Of a stretch of 64,000 nt of DNA, positions 47,110 to 56,725 are shown piece after piece. The notes below the pieces were generated by a model. That model searched no databases and had not been told where the DNA came from. It saw nothing but the letters and a program-made list of their open reading frames with translations. The stretch is taken from positions 997 to 64,996 of the forward strand of contig CALVOW010000005.1 of assembly GCA_944350445.1 (NCBI GenBank), given 5' to 3'. The DNA comes from an uncultured Bacilli bacterium. GTDB taxonomy: Bacteria > Bacillota_I > Bacilli_A > RF39 > UBA660. The position numbers were made by a program, and so were the translations under genes. Position 1 is the first letter of the stretch. Each line of letters opens with the position of its first letter.

Positions 47110-48436
47110 GTATATTCAAAACCTCACTTTCTATAAAACCATCTTTTAATTTTGATTTAATTTTATCCCCTACTTTAACATCTTTAATTGATGTAATTGT
47201 CATATCTTGATTATATGTAATTGTATATCCTCTTTTTAAAGTTGTAATTGGATTTAATATTTCCAGTTTATTCAATAAAGTTTGATAATTATTTGTTTTA
47301 TTTATTAAATATTTTTCCATATTATTATTAATTTTTTTTATTGTATCATTGTATAAATATATTTTATCAATATATAAAACACTAGGATTTTTAAAAATAT
47401 AACTGGCTTTAATTAAATTTAAAGTATTTATTTTATTATTTAGATAAGCTTTAATATTGGAATTTAATTTTTCAAATAAAGAATCAAAAAGTTGTTCTTT
47501 AGCTTCATAAATTATAACCGGATTTTTGAATATTCTTCTATCCGTTAAATTTTTTAACCTTTGACTTGCCATATTTAATTTCGTTGTCATGGCTTTTTGA
47601 AGTCTAATTGTAACTTGTTCCAAATAATTTTTAACATCTGGTAAATTAGGAACAGCCATCTCAGCGGCTCCGGTTGGGGTTGGGGCTCTTTTGTCAGCCA
47701 CAAAATCAGCAATTGTAAAGTCAATTTCATGACCAACGGCCGAAATTATTGGAACCTTCGCTTCATAGATAGCTTTAGCAACAATTTCTTCATTAAAAGG
47801 CCACAAGTCTTCAAGAGAGCCACCTCCTCTACCTACAATTAAAACATCTAAATCATAAGTATCGGCCATTTTTATTTTTTTAACTATATCTTGACTTGCT
47901 AAATCACCTTGCACGAGTGCTGGAAATAAAATGGTTTCACAAAGGGGCCAACGTCTTTTAATAGTTGATAAAATATCCTTAATAGCTGCTCCTGTTGGAG
48001 CAGTAACAATACCAATTCTTCTTGGAATCTTCGGAATTTTTTTCTTATGACTTTCTAAAAACAATCCTTCTTTTTTAAGTTTTTCTTTTAACTGTTCAAA
48101 GGCTAAATATAAAGACCCAACTCCATCTTCCATAATTTCTTCGACATAAATTTGATAAGAGCCACTGGCTTCATAGACACTTACTCTTCCAGTTACTAAA
48201 ACTTTCATACCATCATATAACTGAAATTTAACCAAACTGGCATAAGTTTTAAACATAATAGCATTGATTCTTGATGTTTCATCTTTTAATGTAAAATAAA
48301 AATGTCCTCTTGAATGGTTTTTAAAATTAGAAATTTCCCCTTTTAAGAAAACGATACCAAGATTTGGATCGTTATCTATTTTATATTTTAAATATTTATT
48401 TAATTGCGTAACAGTAATATAATTATTCTTTTCCAT
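47084..48436 (-). CDS. xseA: Exodeoxyribonuclease VII large subunit
   Basis: 450 aa with an N-terminal OB fold (ITVTQLNKYLKYKID.. VFLKGEISNFKNHSRGHFYFTLKD) and a catalytic core (GIVTAPTGAAIKDI.. RGGGSLEDLW). Confidence 0.9.
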   Translation of the reverse strand: MEKNNYITVTQLNKYLKYKIDNDPNLGIVFLKGEISNFKNHSRGHFYFTLKDETSRINAIMFKTYASLVKFQLYDGMKVLVTGRVSVYEASGSYQIYVEEIMEDGVGSLYLAFEQLKEKLKKEGLFLESHKKKIPKIPRRIGIVTAPTGAAIKDILSTIKRRWPLCETILFPALVQGDLASQDIVKKIKMADTYDLDVLIVGRGGGSLEDLWPFNEEIVAKAIYEAKVPIISAVGHEIDFTIADFVADKRAPTPTGAAEMAVPNLPDVKNYLEQVTIRLQKAMTTKLNMASQRLKNLTDRRIFKNPVIIYEAKEQLFDSLFEKLNSNIKAYLNNKINTLNLIKASYIFKNPSVLYIDKIYLYNDTIKKINNNMEKYLINKTNNYQTLLNKLEILNPITTLKRGYTITYNQDMTITSIKDVKVGDKIKSKLKDGFIESEVLNIHEQGENSI

Positions 48437-48836
48437 TTAAATCCTCATTATGATAAATTGCATCCATTGCTGCATTTATCATTTTAACAACATTTAAATC
48501 ACTGTATTTTTTAGCAAGTTCAATTGTTTCATTAATACAAACAACTGCTGGAGTATCTGTATACATAAGTTCATAGATTCCAAGCGATAAAATAGCTTTA
48601 TCAACTTTACTAAGTCTATCAATAGTCCAATCTTTTAAATATAAATTAGCTAGCTTGGATATTTTTTCTTGATTTTTAAGAACTCCATCAATTGAACTTT
48701 TAACAAAGTCATTTTCAATTTCTAATTGTTCTTTAATTAAAGTATTAACATCATATTTTACATTTGTATTTTCTAAAATATAAACTTGATACAACACTTT
48801 AATAATTATATCCCTTAACTCGGATCTATTTTTCAT
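48423..48836 (-). CDS. nusB: Transcription antitermination factor NusB
   Basis: 137 aa. NRSELRDIIIKVLYQ.. and ..DTPAVVCINETIELAKKY are typical of NusB. It lies upstream of xseA, as in many Bacillota. Confidence 0.9.
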   Translation of the reverse strand: MKNRSELRDIIIKVLYQVYILENTNVKYDVNTLIKEQLEIENDFVKSSIDGVLKNQEKISKLANLYLKDWTIDRLSKVDKAILSLGIYELMYTDTPAVVCINETIELAKKYSDLNVVKMINAAMDAIYHNEDLNGKE

Positions 48837-48857
48837 AAAACCACCAACTTCATTGTA

Positions 48858-49742
48858 TCATAAAATCTTAAAAAATTTTAATATTTTTTGTACAATTTCT
48901 AAAAATATAGTAATAAATCGTTTAAAAAAAGAATTTTTAGAAGAAGTATCATTCGCATTATCATCATCAGTAGTATTATTTTCGTCATCTTCTTTGCTAG
49001 TATCATCTTTTTCTTCTTCTTTTTCGGTATTTTCTTCTTCTAGGTCATCGTCATTATCTTCAATATTTTCTTCTTTTAAATATAAATTACCAAATTCTTC
49101 ACTATAAGCAACCCACATATTGGCAGAAATTTTTATCCAAAGATAATCATCTCTTTGCTCTTCTTCCAAAATATTATAAAAACCTGGATTAATATAACCT
49201 AATATTTCCCCATTTGGCTCTTTTCTTACTCGTAAATTTGAAACAGTTATTTCATATTGCGATACTTCTTCATTTCTTTGAACGGGACTTCCTAAATAAG
49301 AAATAGGCAGTGTATATTCATATTTTTCAAAGTCTTCCCAACCTTTATCATTCCAAGCTTTATTGCGATTTTCTGTTTTAAACCAACCAAAATGTAGATG
49401 TATTCCTGTTGCTTGTCCAGTTTCTCCCGTATAACCAATTATTGTGTTAGAATCAACTTTTTGACCGTTTTTAACAGAATAACTATCTAAATGATAATGT
49501 AGACCTGTTTTCCCAAGCCTTGGATACTTAACGTATACATATTTAGCTCCGGTTGAATCAGTTCCACAACCAGTAATCTCTCCATCTTCAATAGCATATT
49601 GGGCTAATTTTTTATCATTAGTTCCGTAATCTACTCCTTGATGAAACTGGTTTTTTCCAGTAATGGGATTTATTCTATTACCAAAGGTACTTGTTATATA
49701 AGGATCAAAATTTTTAAATATTAATTTACCATTTTTACTCAT
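48858..49742 (-). CDS. M23 (LytM-type) metallopeptidase with an SH3-like domain and an acidic C-terminal tail
   Basis: HQGVDY (HxxxD) and GIHLHFG (HxH) are both intact. The tail is rich in D/E. Start taken at ATG 49742, behind the RBS ggaggtgg; the tracked ORF extends to 49868. Confidence 0.75.
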   Translation of the reverse strand: MSKNGKLIFKNFDPYITSTFGNRINPITGKNQFHQGVDYGTNDKKLAQYAIEDGEITGCGTDSTGAKYVYVKYPRLGKTGLHYHLDSYSVKNGQKVDSNTIIGYTGETGQATGIHLHFGWFKTENRNKAWNDKGWEDFEKYEYTLPISYLGSPVQRNEEVSQYEITVSNLRVRKEPNGEILGYINPGFYNILEEEQRDDYLWIKISANMWVAYSEEFGNLYLKEENIEDNDDDLEEENTEKEEEKDDTSKEDDENNTTDDDNANDTSSKNSFFKRFITIFLEIVQKILKFFKIL

Positions 49743-49815
49743 TTTCCACCTCCTAAAATATTTTATTAAGCTTAAATAAAAAAGAATAATTAGATAATCT
49801 AAGTTTCTAATTATT

Positions 49816-50139
49816 CTACTCAACCATTTCACCAATTTTTTTAAAAATAAATTTAATAACAGAATCAACCGTATTTTCCAATTTTTCGGAAATATTTAAA
49901 GAGGTTTTACTCGTTTTTGATGAATAATCTTTTTCTTCTTGTAAGTAAGACTCCAAAGATACATCTAAACCGGCTTGAATATCTTTCTCAAACTGTTCAA
50001 TCATTTGGTTAGTTAAGTTAACTTTCTCCCCTTGCATTCTTTCATAATAACCATTTGAATAAGCAAAAAATAAAGCTAAAAAGCCAAGAATTAATAAAAA
50101 AAGAAAAACTTTACTAACTTTTTTTAAATCTAATTTCAT
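49816..50139 (-). CDS. Small membrane protein downstream of spoIIP (YqxA/DUF3679-like by position)
   Basis: 107 aa with one N-terminal TM helix. The position after spoIIP mirrors B. subtilis spoIIP-yqxA. Weak assignment. Confidence 0.35.
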   Translation of the reverse strand: MKLDLKKVSKVFLFLLILGFLALFFAYSNGYYERMQGEKVNLTNQMIEQFEKDIQAGLDVSLESYLQEEKDYSSKTSKTSLNISEKLENTVDSVIKFIFKKIGEMVE

Positions 50140-50169
50140 CTTATCACCACTTAAAATATACTAAATATT

Positions 50170-51072
50170 TTATTCAGTTTTTGTCGTTTTAAGACTATTT
50201 AAATAATTATATAAACAATTAGCAACTACTTTTAAAGAATTACTAACTTCTTCAATCGTATTATCAACTCCCCCTACTTCAATTAAAATAACATTAGGAC
50301 TAATATCTTGATTGTAAACACCATTAACACCAGCCCCTTGTTTTTCATAAATGCCCCTCGATAAGCCTTTATAATTTTCATTTAAATAATCATTTAATTT
50401 AGTTAATACTTTTTTATTTTCCTGATAATTAGGATTTTCTAAACCTAGTAAAAACATAACTTTGGCATAACTTACTCCATCAATTGTCGTTGTCGTTGCT
50501 TCTCTTTTAACACTATCTCGGTGGAGATCAACAAAATACGTTATAGTATCATATTCACTTCTCCTTGTTTCTAATAAATCTCTACTTACTTCATAAGCCA
50601 TACTATAAGCCATATTTTTACTATTTAAAATATCAATTGTATTTTCACTTTCAACAAGACTAGAAATTCCTAACTTTTTTAATTCTTCTTCAAGAATATA
50701 ACTAGCTGTTTTGACATTAGGAACTATGTTATATACATCGTTTTTTGTATAAGAATATTCTTCACTTGAATGCGTATTATAAATATAAAAAAGAGGTTCT
50801 TCGGTATTATATAAAACTTTATTTACCTGAGACAAATCTTCATTTAAGCTATTATTTATTTTAAAATGCGAATCATTTTTTTTTAAACTTTTAATATAAA
50901 GATCAACAAAATCTATTTTATAAAAACTAGTATTTTCTTTTTGAAAACTTTTTGTTAAAACATCTAAAAAAATACTTGGTAAATTCTTTAATTCTTTTTG
51001 ATAACTAATGTATAAAGATAATGTTAATAAAGCTATGATAAAACTTGGAAATATTACTTTTTTTAGTTTCAT
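50170..51072 (-). CDS. spoIIP: Stage II sporulation protein P-like amidase
   Basis: An N-terminal anchor, YIYNTHSSEEY, VDLHRDS and IEVGG, as in SpoIIP. Start taken as ATG 51072. Confidence 0.7.
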   Translation of the reverse strand: MKLKKVIFPSFIIALLTLSLYISYQKELKNLPSIFLDVLTKSFQKENTSFYKIDFVDLYIKSLKKNDSHFKINNSLNEDLSQVNKVLYNTEEPLFYIYNTHSSEEYSYTKNDVYNIVPNVKTASYILEEELKKLGISSLVESENTIDILNSKNMAYSMAYEVSRDLLETRRSEYDTITYFVDLHRDSVKREATTTTIDGVSYAKVMFLLGLENPNYQENKKVLTKLNDYLNENYKGLSRGIYEKQGAGVNGVYNQDISPNVILIEVGGVDNTIEEVSNSLKVVANCLYNYLNSLKTTKTE

Positions 51073-51124
51073 GATTATCACCAATCAATTTTATGTAAAA
51101 GAAAAAAAGATTATGATTAAATCT

Positions 51125-53071
51125 TTATTCTGTAAAATAGCCAACTTCAGTTAAACTTCGCGAATTACCGATTATGGTTTGAATAGTAGTAGCACTTTTA
51201 TCTTTATAAAAAAGAGCAATTGAACCACCACCATCTAAATTAGTTCCGGTTTGACAATTTAGATCTAACATAATATTAATTAAATCATTTCTTGATAAAT
51301 CGCTTCCAGTAATTAATACAAAATTATTGGTATTAACTTGACAAATTGCTTGTCTATTAACTTTACTAGAAATACTTGGCATACTTGTTGTAATATTACT
51401 TTTTACCCCATTAACTACTAAAGGGGAAGCAAACGTAAAAGTATTTTTAATGCCAGATGCTATTACTTCGTTAGCCCAAGTTCTTTTAGCATTTATTTCA
51501 GCTTGAGTACTTGCTTTGCTGTCTGTAAATATTCGCAGTGTATTATTAGAATCAATTCCTGTAATAAACCAAGTTTTATAAGCTTTATCATAGACGTTAC
51601 GAATAACCTTGCCATTGGTTATTACCAAAGTTCCAACACTTGTTTTATTATATTTAGAATACTTAGAAACACTTGAAGCATCATAAGTATCTTCTAAATA
51701 AAAACCACTGGCATTAAAACCAACTACCAACTTATTTCCTAAATTATTAGCATTAATAGCCATTTCTAATAATTTTTTAGGTCGATATAAAACAAAACCA
51801 TAGTCAGGAGAGTCATATTTTTTTAATTGATTGTAGGGATCTTTTGCCCAAACTCTTGTAATATAATAACTACTTTTTTTAGTAATATAAACTTTTAAAG
51901 TATTAGTCTCTGATTTTTTTATTACTGTTTCACTACTACCAGGAATAATTGGATCAAGTGCTGAATTATCAATAACTTGACAAGTTATTTTCTTAAAGTT
52001 AGAAGCCTTATCATAAACAGTAACCGAAATAATATCATTTGGTTTTTTATTATAAGAAAAAGATGAATTATTAGAATTAGCAATCGTTATAGTCCCATCT
52101 TGATAAACATAATTTTTAATACCACTTAAATTATCACTAGCTACAACTTTAATCGCTGTGTTATTAGGATTTATCGTTGCTGTACAAGATACTTTAGGAG
52201 TTATTTTATCAATATTATTTACTGTTATAACTTTTTGAAATATATCGCCATTTTGATTATATGCCAAAAAAGTATAAGTTCCATTATTAGTAATTGAATA
52301 TGTAGCTGTTTTTTCGTTTTTCACTATTTTATTTGGTAAAACAAGGGCTAAAAAATTATCACCAATAACAGATACGGAAGCTACTATAGTTTCATTAGTA
52401 TAAGATGTCGTTGAAAGTGAAACAGTAATTACTAATGAATCATCAACTACTACAATAGTTCTAGTCAATTCTTTTTGGATATTATTATAAGATATTTTAT
52501 AGGTTAATTTATATTCTCCAACTAATGATGTATCAATTTGACCACTAACTTCAACAGCATCAGTTAAATCTAAATTGCCGTATGAAGCCTTATATCCTAG
52601 TTCTTGATAATTACCATTAAGAGGAATAGTAACTACATCATCACCAATTAACGAAAAATCTAAATCAAACGTTTCTTCTTCGGCTTCCTCTCCAGTAGTT
52701 TCTTCGTCAGTACTTACGACTTCAACAATTCTTTCTTTGAAAATATTAGCAATTTGATATTTAATAACATAAGTCCCAGGTTTATTAATATCCAAATTAT
52801 TTTCAACGACAATTAAATCTGTTTTTAACTGTCCAAGAGTATCAATAGCATAATAACCAGGTTCTATATATTCCTCACCAACTTCTAAAGTCATTTTCGA
52901 AGAACCAAATAAAACAATTTGTAATTCATTTTCAGTTACAATAGAATTAGTATTGTCATTTTTAAAGAAAAGAAAAAAGGCTGAAAAAATGAGAATTAAA
53001 ACAATTGCCACTAAACTAATAATAATATTTCTTTTGTACCGAAAAAAATTTAAAAGCCTATTCTCTTTCAT
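51125..53071 (-). CDS. Membrane-anchored protein with Ig-like (DUF5011-type) repeats and a C-terminal phosphodiester glycosidase (DUF2233-like) domain
   Basis: 648 aa. Repeated YIEPGY.A.D....L / KPGTYVIKYQ modules and a C-terminal NLDGGGS motif. Confidence 0.5.
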   Translation of the reverse strand: MKENRLLNFFRYKRNIIISLVAIVLILIFSAFFLFFKNDNTNSIVTENELQIVLFGSSKMTLEVGEEYIEPGYYAIDTLGQLKTDLIVVENNLDINKPGTYVIKYQIANIFKERIVEVVSTDEETTGEEAEEETFDLDFSLIGDDVVTIPLNGNYQELGYKASYGNLDLTDAVEVSGQIDTSLVGEYKLTYKISYNNIQKELTRTIVVVDDSLVITVSLSTTSYTNETIVASVSVIGDNFLALVLPNKIVKNEKTATYSITNNGTYTFLAYNQNGDIFQKVITVNNIDKITPKVSCTATINPNNTAIKVVASDNLSGIKNYVYQDGTITIANSNNSSFSYNKKPNDIISVTVYDKASNFKKITCQVIDNSALDPIIPGSSETVIKKSETNTLKVYITKKSSYYITRVWAKDPYNQLKKYDSPDYGFVLYRPKKLLEMAINANNLGNKLVVGFNASGFYLEDTYDASSVSKYSKYNKTSVGTLVITNGKVIRNVYDKAYKTWFITGIDSNNTLRIFTDSKASTQAEINAKRTWANEVIASGIKNTFTFASPLVVNGVKSNITTSMPSISSKVNRQAICQVNTNNFVLITGSDLSRNDLINIMLDLNCQTGTNLDGGGSIALFYKDKSATTIQTIIGNSRSLTEVGYFTE

Positions 53072-53143
53072 ATCTACCTCTAACTAATTTTAATAAATTT
53101 CTAAATAAATAGCAAGAAAAAATCTAATTTATTTTAAAATAGA

Positions 53144-55567
53144 TTAGATTTTTTCATTATCTTTTAATAACTCAATTTTTGTAATTTTAAAGCCTGATTC
53201 AATTTCTTTAAATTTTAAATTTTTAACAAACAAAGTTGCTTGAAAATCTTTTTTAGCTTTTGCAATTGTTTCTTTAATTTCTTTTGCAGCACTTATTTCT
53301 AAATTCGTAACTTCAGTTTTTAAAGATAAATTATTGCTTGATTTTTCTCCTCTAACGATGCTAATAATATCAACAATTATATTACCAAATTCTTTTTCTT
53401 GCCCAAAATTAAAGTTTAATTCTTTAATTTCGGTTAAATGAATTGATTTTTTATCATGATATATTTCTTGATAAATTTCTTCAGTAATATATGGAAAGAA
53501 AATACTAAAATCTTGTAATAATTTATAAAGAATTATATAAACTGTTTTTTGACCTGAATATCTTGGTTCACTTCCGAATTCTTCCGGACGATACAAACGA
53601 TGTTTAACAATTTCAATATAGTCATCACAAAAATTCCAAAAGAACTTTTCTAAGTGATTTAAGGCAAGTCCAACTTCAAATTCATCTAAGTATTTTAAAA
53701 AGCCTTTTTCCATATCTTGAAAACGAGCTAAAATCCATTTATCAATATATTCGTAGTTAGTGAATTCTTTATCTTGAAAATCAGCTAAATGCATTTCAAT
53801 AAATTTGGAAACATTAAAAATTTTATTAATTAATTTTTTACCACGAAGCAATGTCTCTTCACTAAAGGTAATATCGGTTCCAAGTCGACCAGATCCAGCC
53901 CAATAACGAATAACATCAGCCGAATATTCATTGATTAAATCGATTGGTTCAGCTTTGCTATTACCTTTACTTTTACTAATTTTTTCACCTTTATTAGCCA
54001 TAACAAAACCGGAAATCATAACATTATTCCAAGGTCTTTCTTGAAAATGATAAAATGATTTAACTATAGTATAAAAATCCCAAGTTCGAATTATTTCCGA
54101 AGCATTACTGCGTAAACTCATAGGTCTTAAGATAGCTTCATAGTTATCTTTTTCACCGTATCGCATATTGATAAGCGGGGTAACTGAGGAAGTAGCCCAA
54201 GTATCCATAACATCAGTTTCAGGTCGAAAATTAGTTCCTCCACATTTTGGACATTTTTGTATTTTTGGTTTATCTACTAAAGGGTTAACTGGTAAATCGG
54301 TAAGATTGGCAAAGATTGGGTCGTGACAATTTTCACAATACCAAACTGGAAAAGGTACTCCAAAATATCTTTGACGAGATATACACCAATCCCACATTAT
54401 ATTTGAAACCCATTCATTGTATCTTGTTTGCATATGACTAGGATACCAATTAATAGATTCACCAATTTTTAAGAAGTCATCTTTATGATTCATAATATCT
54501 ATAAACCATTGTTTCATAACGGAATACTCAACTTCCGTTCCACATCTTTCATGCGTTTGTACTTCATGCTCTAATTCTTCAATTTTTAAAACATAACCAG
54601 CTTCTTGTAAATCTTCAATAATTTTCTTTCTAGCTGCCTTTATTTTTAAACCACCATAATTTAAAATCTCATCTTTTATTCTACCATCTTCCGTAAAAAT
54701 ATATTTAAGTTCTAAATTATACTTCTTCCACCAATAAATATCCGTTTGATCACCAAACGTACAGCACATAACAATACCGGTTCCTTTTTCACTATCAACT
54801 AATTCATCAGCCATAATCGGAACTTCGACATCAATAATTGGAATATGCGCCGTTTTACCAATTAAATGTTTATGTTTTAAATCATCAGGATTAACGAAAA
54901 CCGAAACAATGGCTGGTAATAATTCAGGACGGGTTGTTGCAATGACAAACTCTTCGCCATCTTCAACCGTTTTAAACTTGATATAATTAAAAGTTGTTTT
55001 CACTTTTTTGGTTTCAAGTTCAGCTTGAGCAATGGAAGTTAAACATTCATTACACCATAAAGCTGGACTTTCTTTATGATAACAATGTCCCTTTTTAACT
55101 AAATCTAAAAAAGAACTTTGACTTATTTTAATTGTTTTTGGACTAACTGTTTTATAATGAATATTCCAATCGGTACTAACTCCAAGTCTCGTGAATAATT
55201 CTTGAAATTCTGCTTCATATTTATCAGTTGTTTCATAACATAACTTTGAAAAGGCTTCCCGACCTATTTCATGAGCTTTCTTTCCTTGTTCTTTTTCAAC
55301 TAATCTTTCACTGGGAAGACCATTATCATCAAACCCAAACGGATAAAAAATATTGTATCCGCGAAGTCTTTTATATCTAGCAATCATTTCCGTTTGCGAA
55401 TAAGAAAAAATATGCCCAATATGAATTTTCCCATTTACAGTTGGAGGTGGTGTATCTATAGAAAATACTTCCCTCTCATCCGGCTTAAATTCATAAATTT
55501 TTTCATCTCGCCAATAATTTAACCATTTTTCTTCTTTTTCTTTGGCATTATACTTTTTATCTAACAT
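53144..55567 (-). CDS. valS: Valine--tRNA ligase (short form)
   Basis: 807 aa. HIGH motif PPPTVNGKIHIGH, KMSKS motif KISKSKG, and a CP1 editing domain. The upstream T-box carries a GUA (Val) codon in the specifier position. Confidence 0.85.
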   Translation of the reverse strand: MLDKKYNAKEKEEKWLNYWRDEKIYEFKPDEREVFSIDTPPPTVNGKIHIGHIFSYSQTEMIARYKRLRGYNIFYPFGFDDNGLPSERLVEKEQGKKAHEIGREAFSKLCYETTDKYEAEFQELFTRLGVSTDWNIHYKTVSPKTIKISQSSFLDLVKKGHCYHKESPALWCNECLTSIAQAELETKKVKTTFNYIKFKTVEDGEEFVIATTRPELLPAIVSVFVNPDDLKHKHLIGKTAHIPIIDVEVPIMADELVDSEKGTGIVMCCTFGDQTDIYWWKKYNLELKYIFTEDGRIKDEILNYGGLKIKAARKKIIEDLQEAGYVLKIEELEHEVQTHERCGTEVEYSVMKQWFIDIMNHKDDFLKIGESINWYPSHMQTRYNEWVSNIMWDWCISRQRYFGVPFPVWYCENCHDPIFANLTDLPVNPLVDKPKIQKCPKCGGTNFRPETDVMDTWATSSVTPLINMRYGEKDNYEAILRPMSLRSNASEIIRTWDFYTIVKSFYHFQERPWNNVMISGFVMANKGEKISKSKGNSKAEPIDLINEYSADVIRYWAGSGRLGTDITFSEETLLRGKKLINKIFNVSKFIEMHLADFQDKEFTNYEYIDKWILARFQDMEKGFLKYLDEFEVGLALNHLEKFFWNFCDDYIEIVKHRLYRPEEFGSEPRYSGQKTVYIILYKLLQDFSIFFPYITEEIYQEIYHDKKSIHLTEIKELNFNFGQEKEFGNIIVDIISIVRGEKSSNNLSLKTEVTNLEISAAKEIKETIAKAKKDFQATLFVKNLKFKEIESGFKITKIELLKDNEKI

Positions 55568-55620
55568 AATTCCTGTCGAGTAGACAAACTCGACTTACCT
55601 CTCTTTCATTATTATTTCAA

Positions 55621-56423
55621 GTGAAAGGCTCGTCTGTCTGCCCCTCACAGAACCCATCGTGCCCTATTAAGGCAATAGGCTCTTCATATAAATCTTTTGA
55701 TTTAACCTATATTAACTTTAATTCGTGGAATAGGCATTGAAAATCTTGCCCATATTCTATTAAATATTTCATATGTCATACTTTTCTTTTGATGTCTTCT
55801 ATTTAGTATTCTATATGTACTCCATTTAACATATATATAATTGAAGTTTCTTATACTTTATAGATTGACTTCTTATATCTCCTCTTTCTTTTTCCATTTC
55901 TTTTTACCTCCATGTGTAATTAATGTTTCTATTAGAGAAACGATTTATATGCTAGTCCCTTCGCTCCAGAGTCATTACTTCCTTCACCACTACTATGAAC
56001 TAGTCCGACTACTTATAAGTCTTTTACCTAACTTAGTTTTCAATACCTTGCTTTGGTATACCCCTTACTATTGGCAATTTTAAACCTTTTAGACTTGAGG
56101 AACTTATAAGTTCTCCCAGGTATGCTTAATATACCTTGTGAACTCGCCGAGTTCTTAGACCCCGATGGAATTTATAATATCTCGCATTAACGATATTACA
56201 AATGTTGCTTGCTGTAGAAAGGAGTACATAAGCTTCCATATTTATTGTTTTAATAACGAGGCTCAATCACTTCACGCTTTCGCATTTCGGCTCGAACACT
56301 TTCTTGTCTACGCTTAAACCTAATCTCACGACTTTGGCTCCAAGACTAGATACTGGCTCTTTGCTAGAGATTACCAGATTAGGAGTTTCACCCAATTATA
56401 TATTAAGCACCAAACTGGCGCAC
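55621..56423 (-). mobile_element. ORF-less group II intron (Ll.LtrB/IIA-like by motif resemblance) in the valS 5' leader
   Basis: The minus strand starts GTGCGCCAGTTTGGTGCTTAA. Domain I strings are GGGTGAAACTCC and GCCGAAATGCGAAAGCGTGAAG. A J2/3-D3-like CATAGTAGTGGTGAAGGAAGTAATG is present. The D4 RBS GGAGGTAAAAAGAAATG is followed by only a 23-codon ORF. Domain V is GAGCCTATTGCCTTAATAGGGCACGATGGGTTC (55650-55682). D6 ends ..GCCTTTCAC at 55621. Confidence 0.75.
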
Positions 56424-56427
56424 CCTT

Positions 56428-56650
56428 CAAAAATAAAAAAAGACCAAGTCCAAAGGACGAAGTCTTCGTGGTACCACCTTATTTTGTAATAAAATTACCT
56501 TAAAATCTTAATGCGATTAACATTATATCTTACTAAACTCAGATATAATTCTCCAAAGCTACCTTCTGTTAGATTCTTTATTAGTTTCCACCAACCACTA
56601 ACTCTCTGAAAAGTTATCTAACATACTCCTCTTCTTCAACGAATTTAGTT
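56428..56650 (-). promoter_or_regulatory. T-box riboswitch leader, probable Val specifier (GUA), for valS
   Basis: Minus strand. Stem I motifs are cagagagt .. ggttggtggaaac. The specifier context gaagGTAgcttt parallels the Ala leader. T-box sequence aaggtggtaccacg (56468-56481). Terminator gacttcgtcc-tttg-ggacttggtc followed by tttttttattttt (56428-56441). Confidence 0.75.
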
Positions 56651-56725
56651 TATAGTATCATATTTTTTTTAAAAAAGCAAACTCTATTTTTTTCTAAACA
56701 TCCTATAGTTTTTTTATTTCTAAAT

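Noticed and set aside
48853-49107. 84-aa Ser-rich plus-strand ORF
   Set aside because: It is the antisense reading of the D/E-rich tail of the M23 peptidase gene.
55841-56083. 80-aa plus-strand ORF in the valS upstream region
   Set aside because: It lies antisense inside the group II intron, has no RBS, and has an implausible composition. It is an ORF-finder artefact.
56424-56441. Insertion directly after an intrinsic terminator suggested a class C (IIC) group II intron
   Set aside because: The 5' end, the domain I strings, the D3-like motif and the 3' end all resemble Ll.LtrB-type (IIA) introns rather than the compact IIC architecture. The class cannot be settled by eye, so I left it open.
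56304-56489. 61-aa plus-strand ORF
   Set aside because: It lies antisense, spanning the intron 5' end and the T-box terminator, so it is not a gene.
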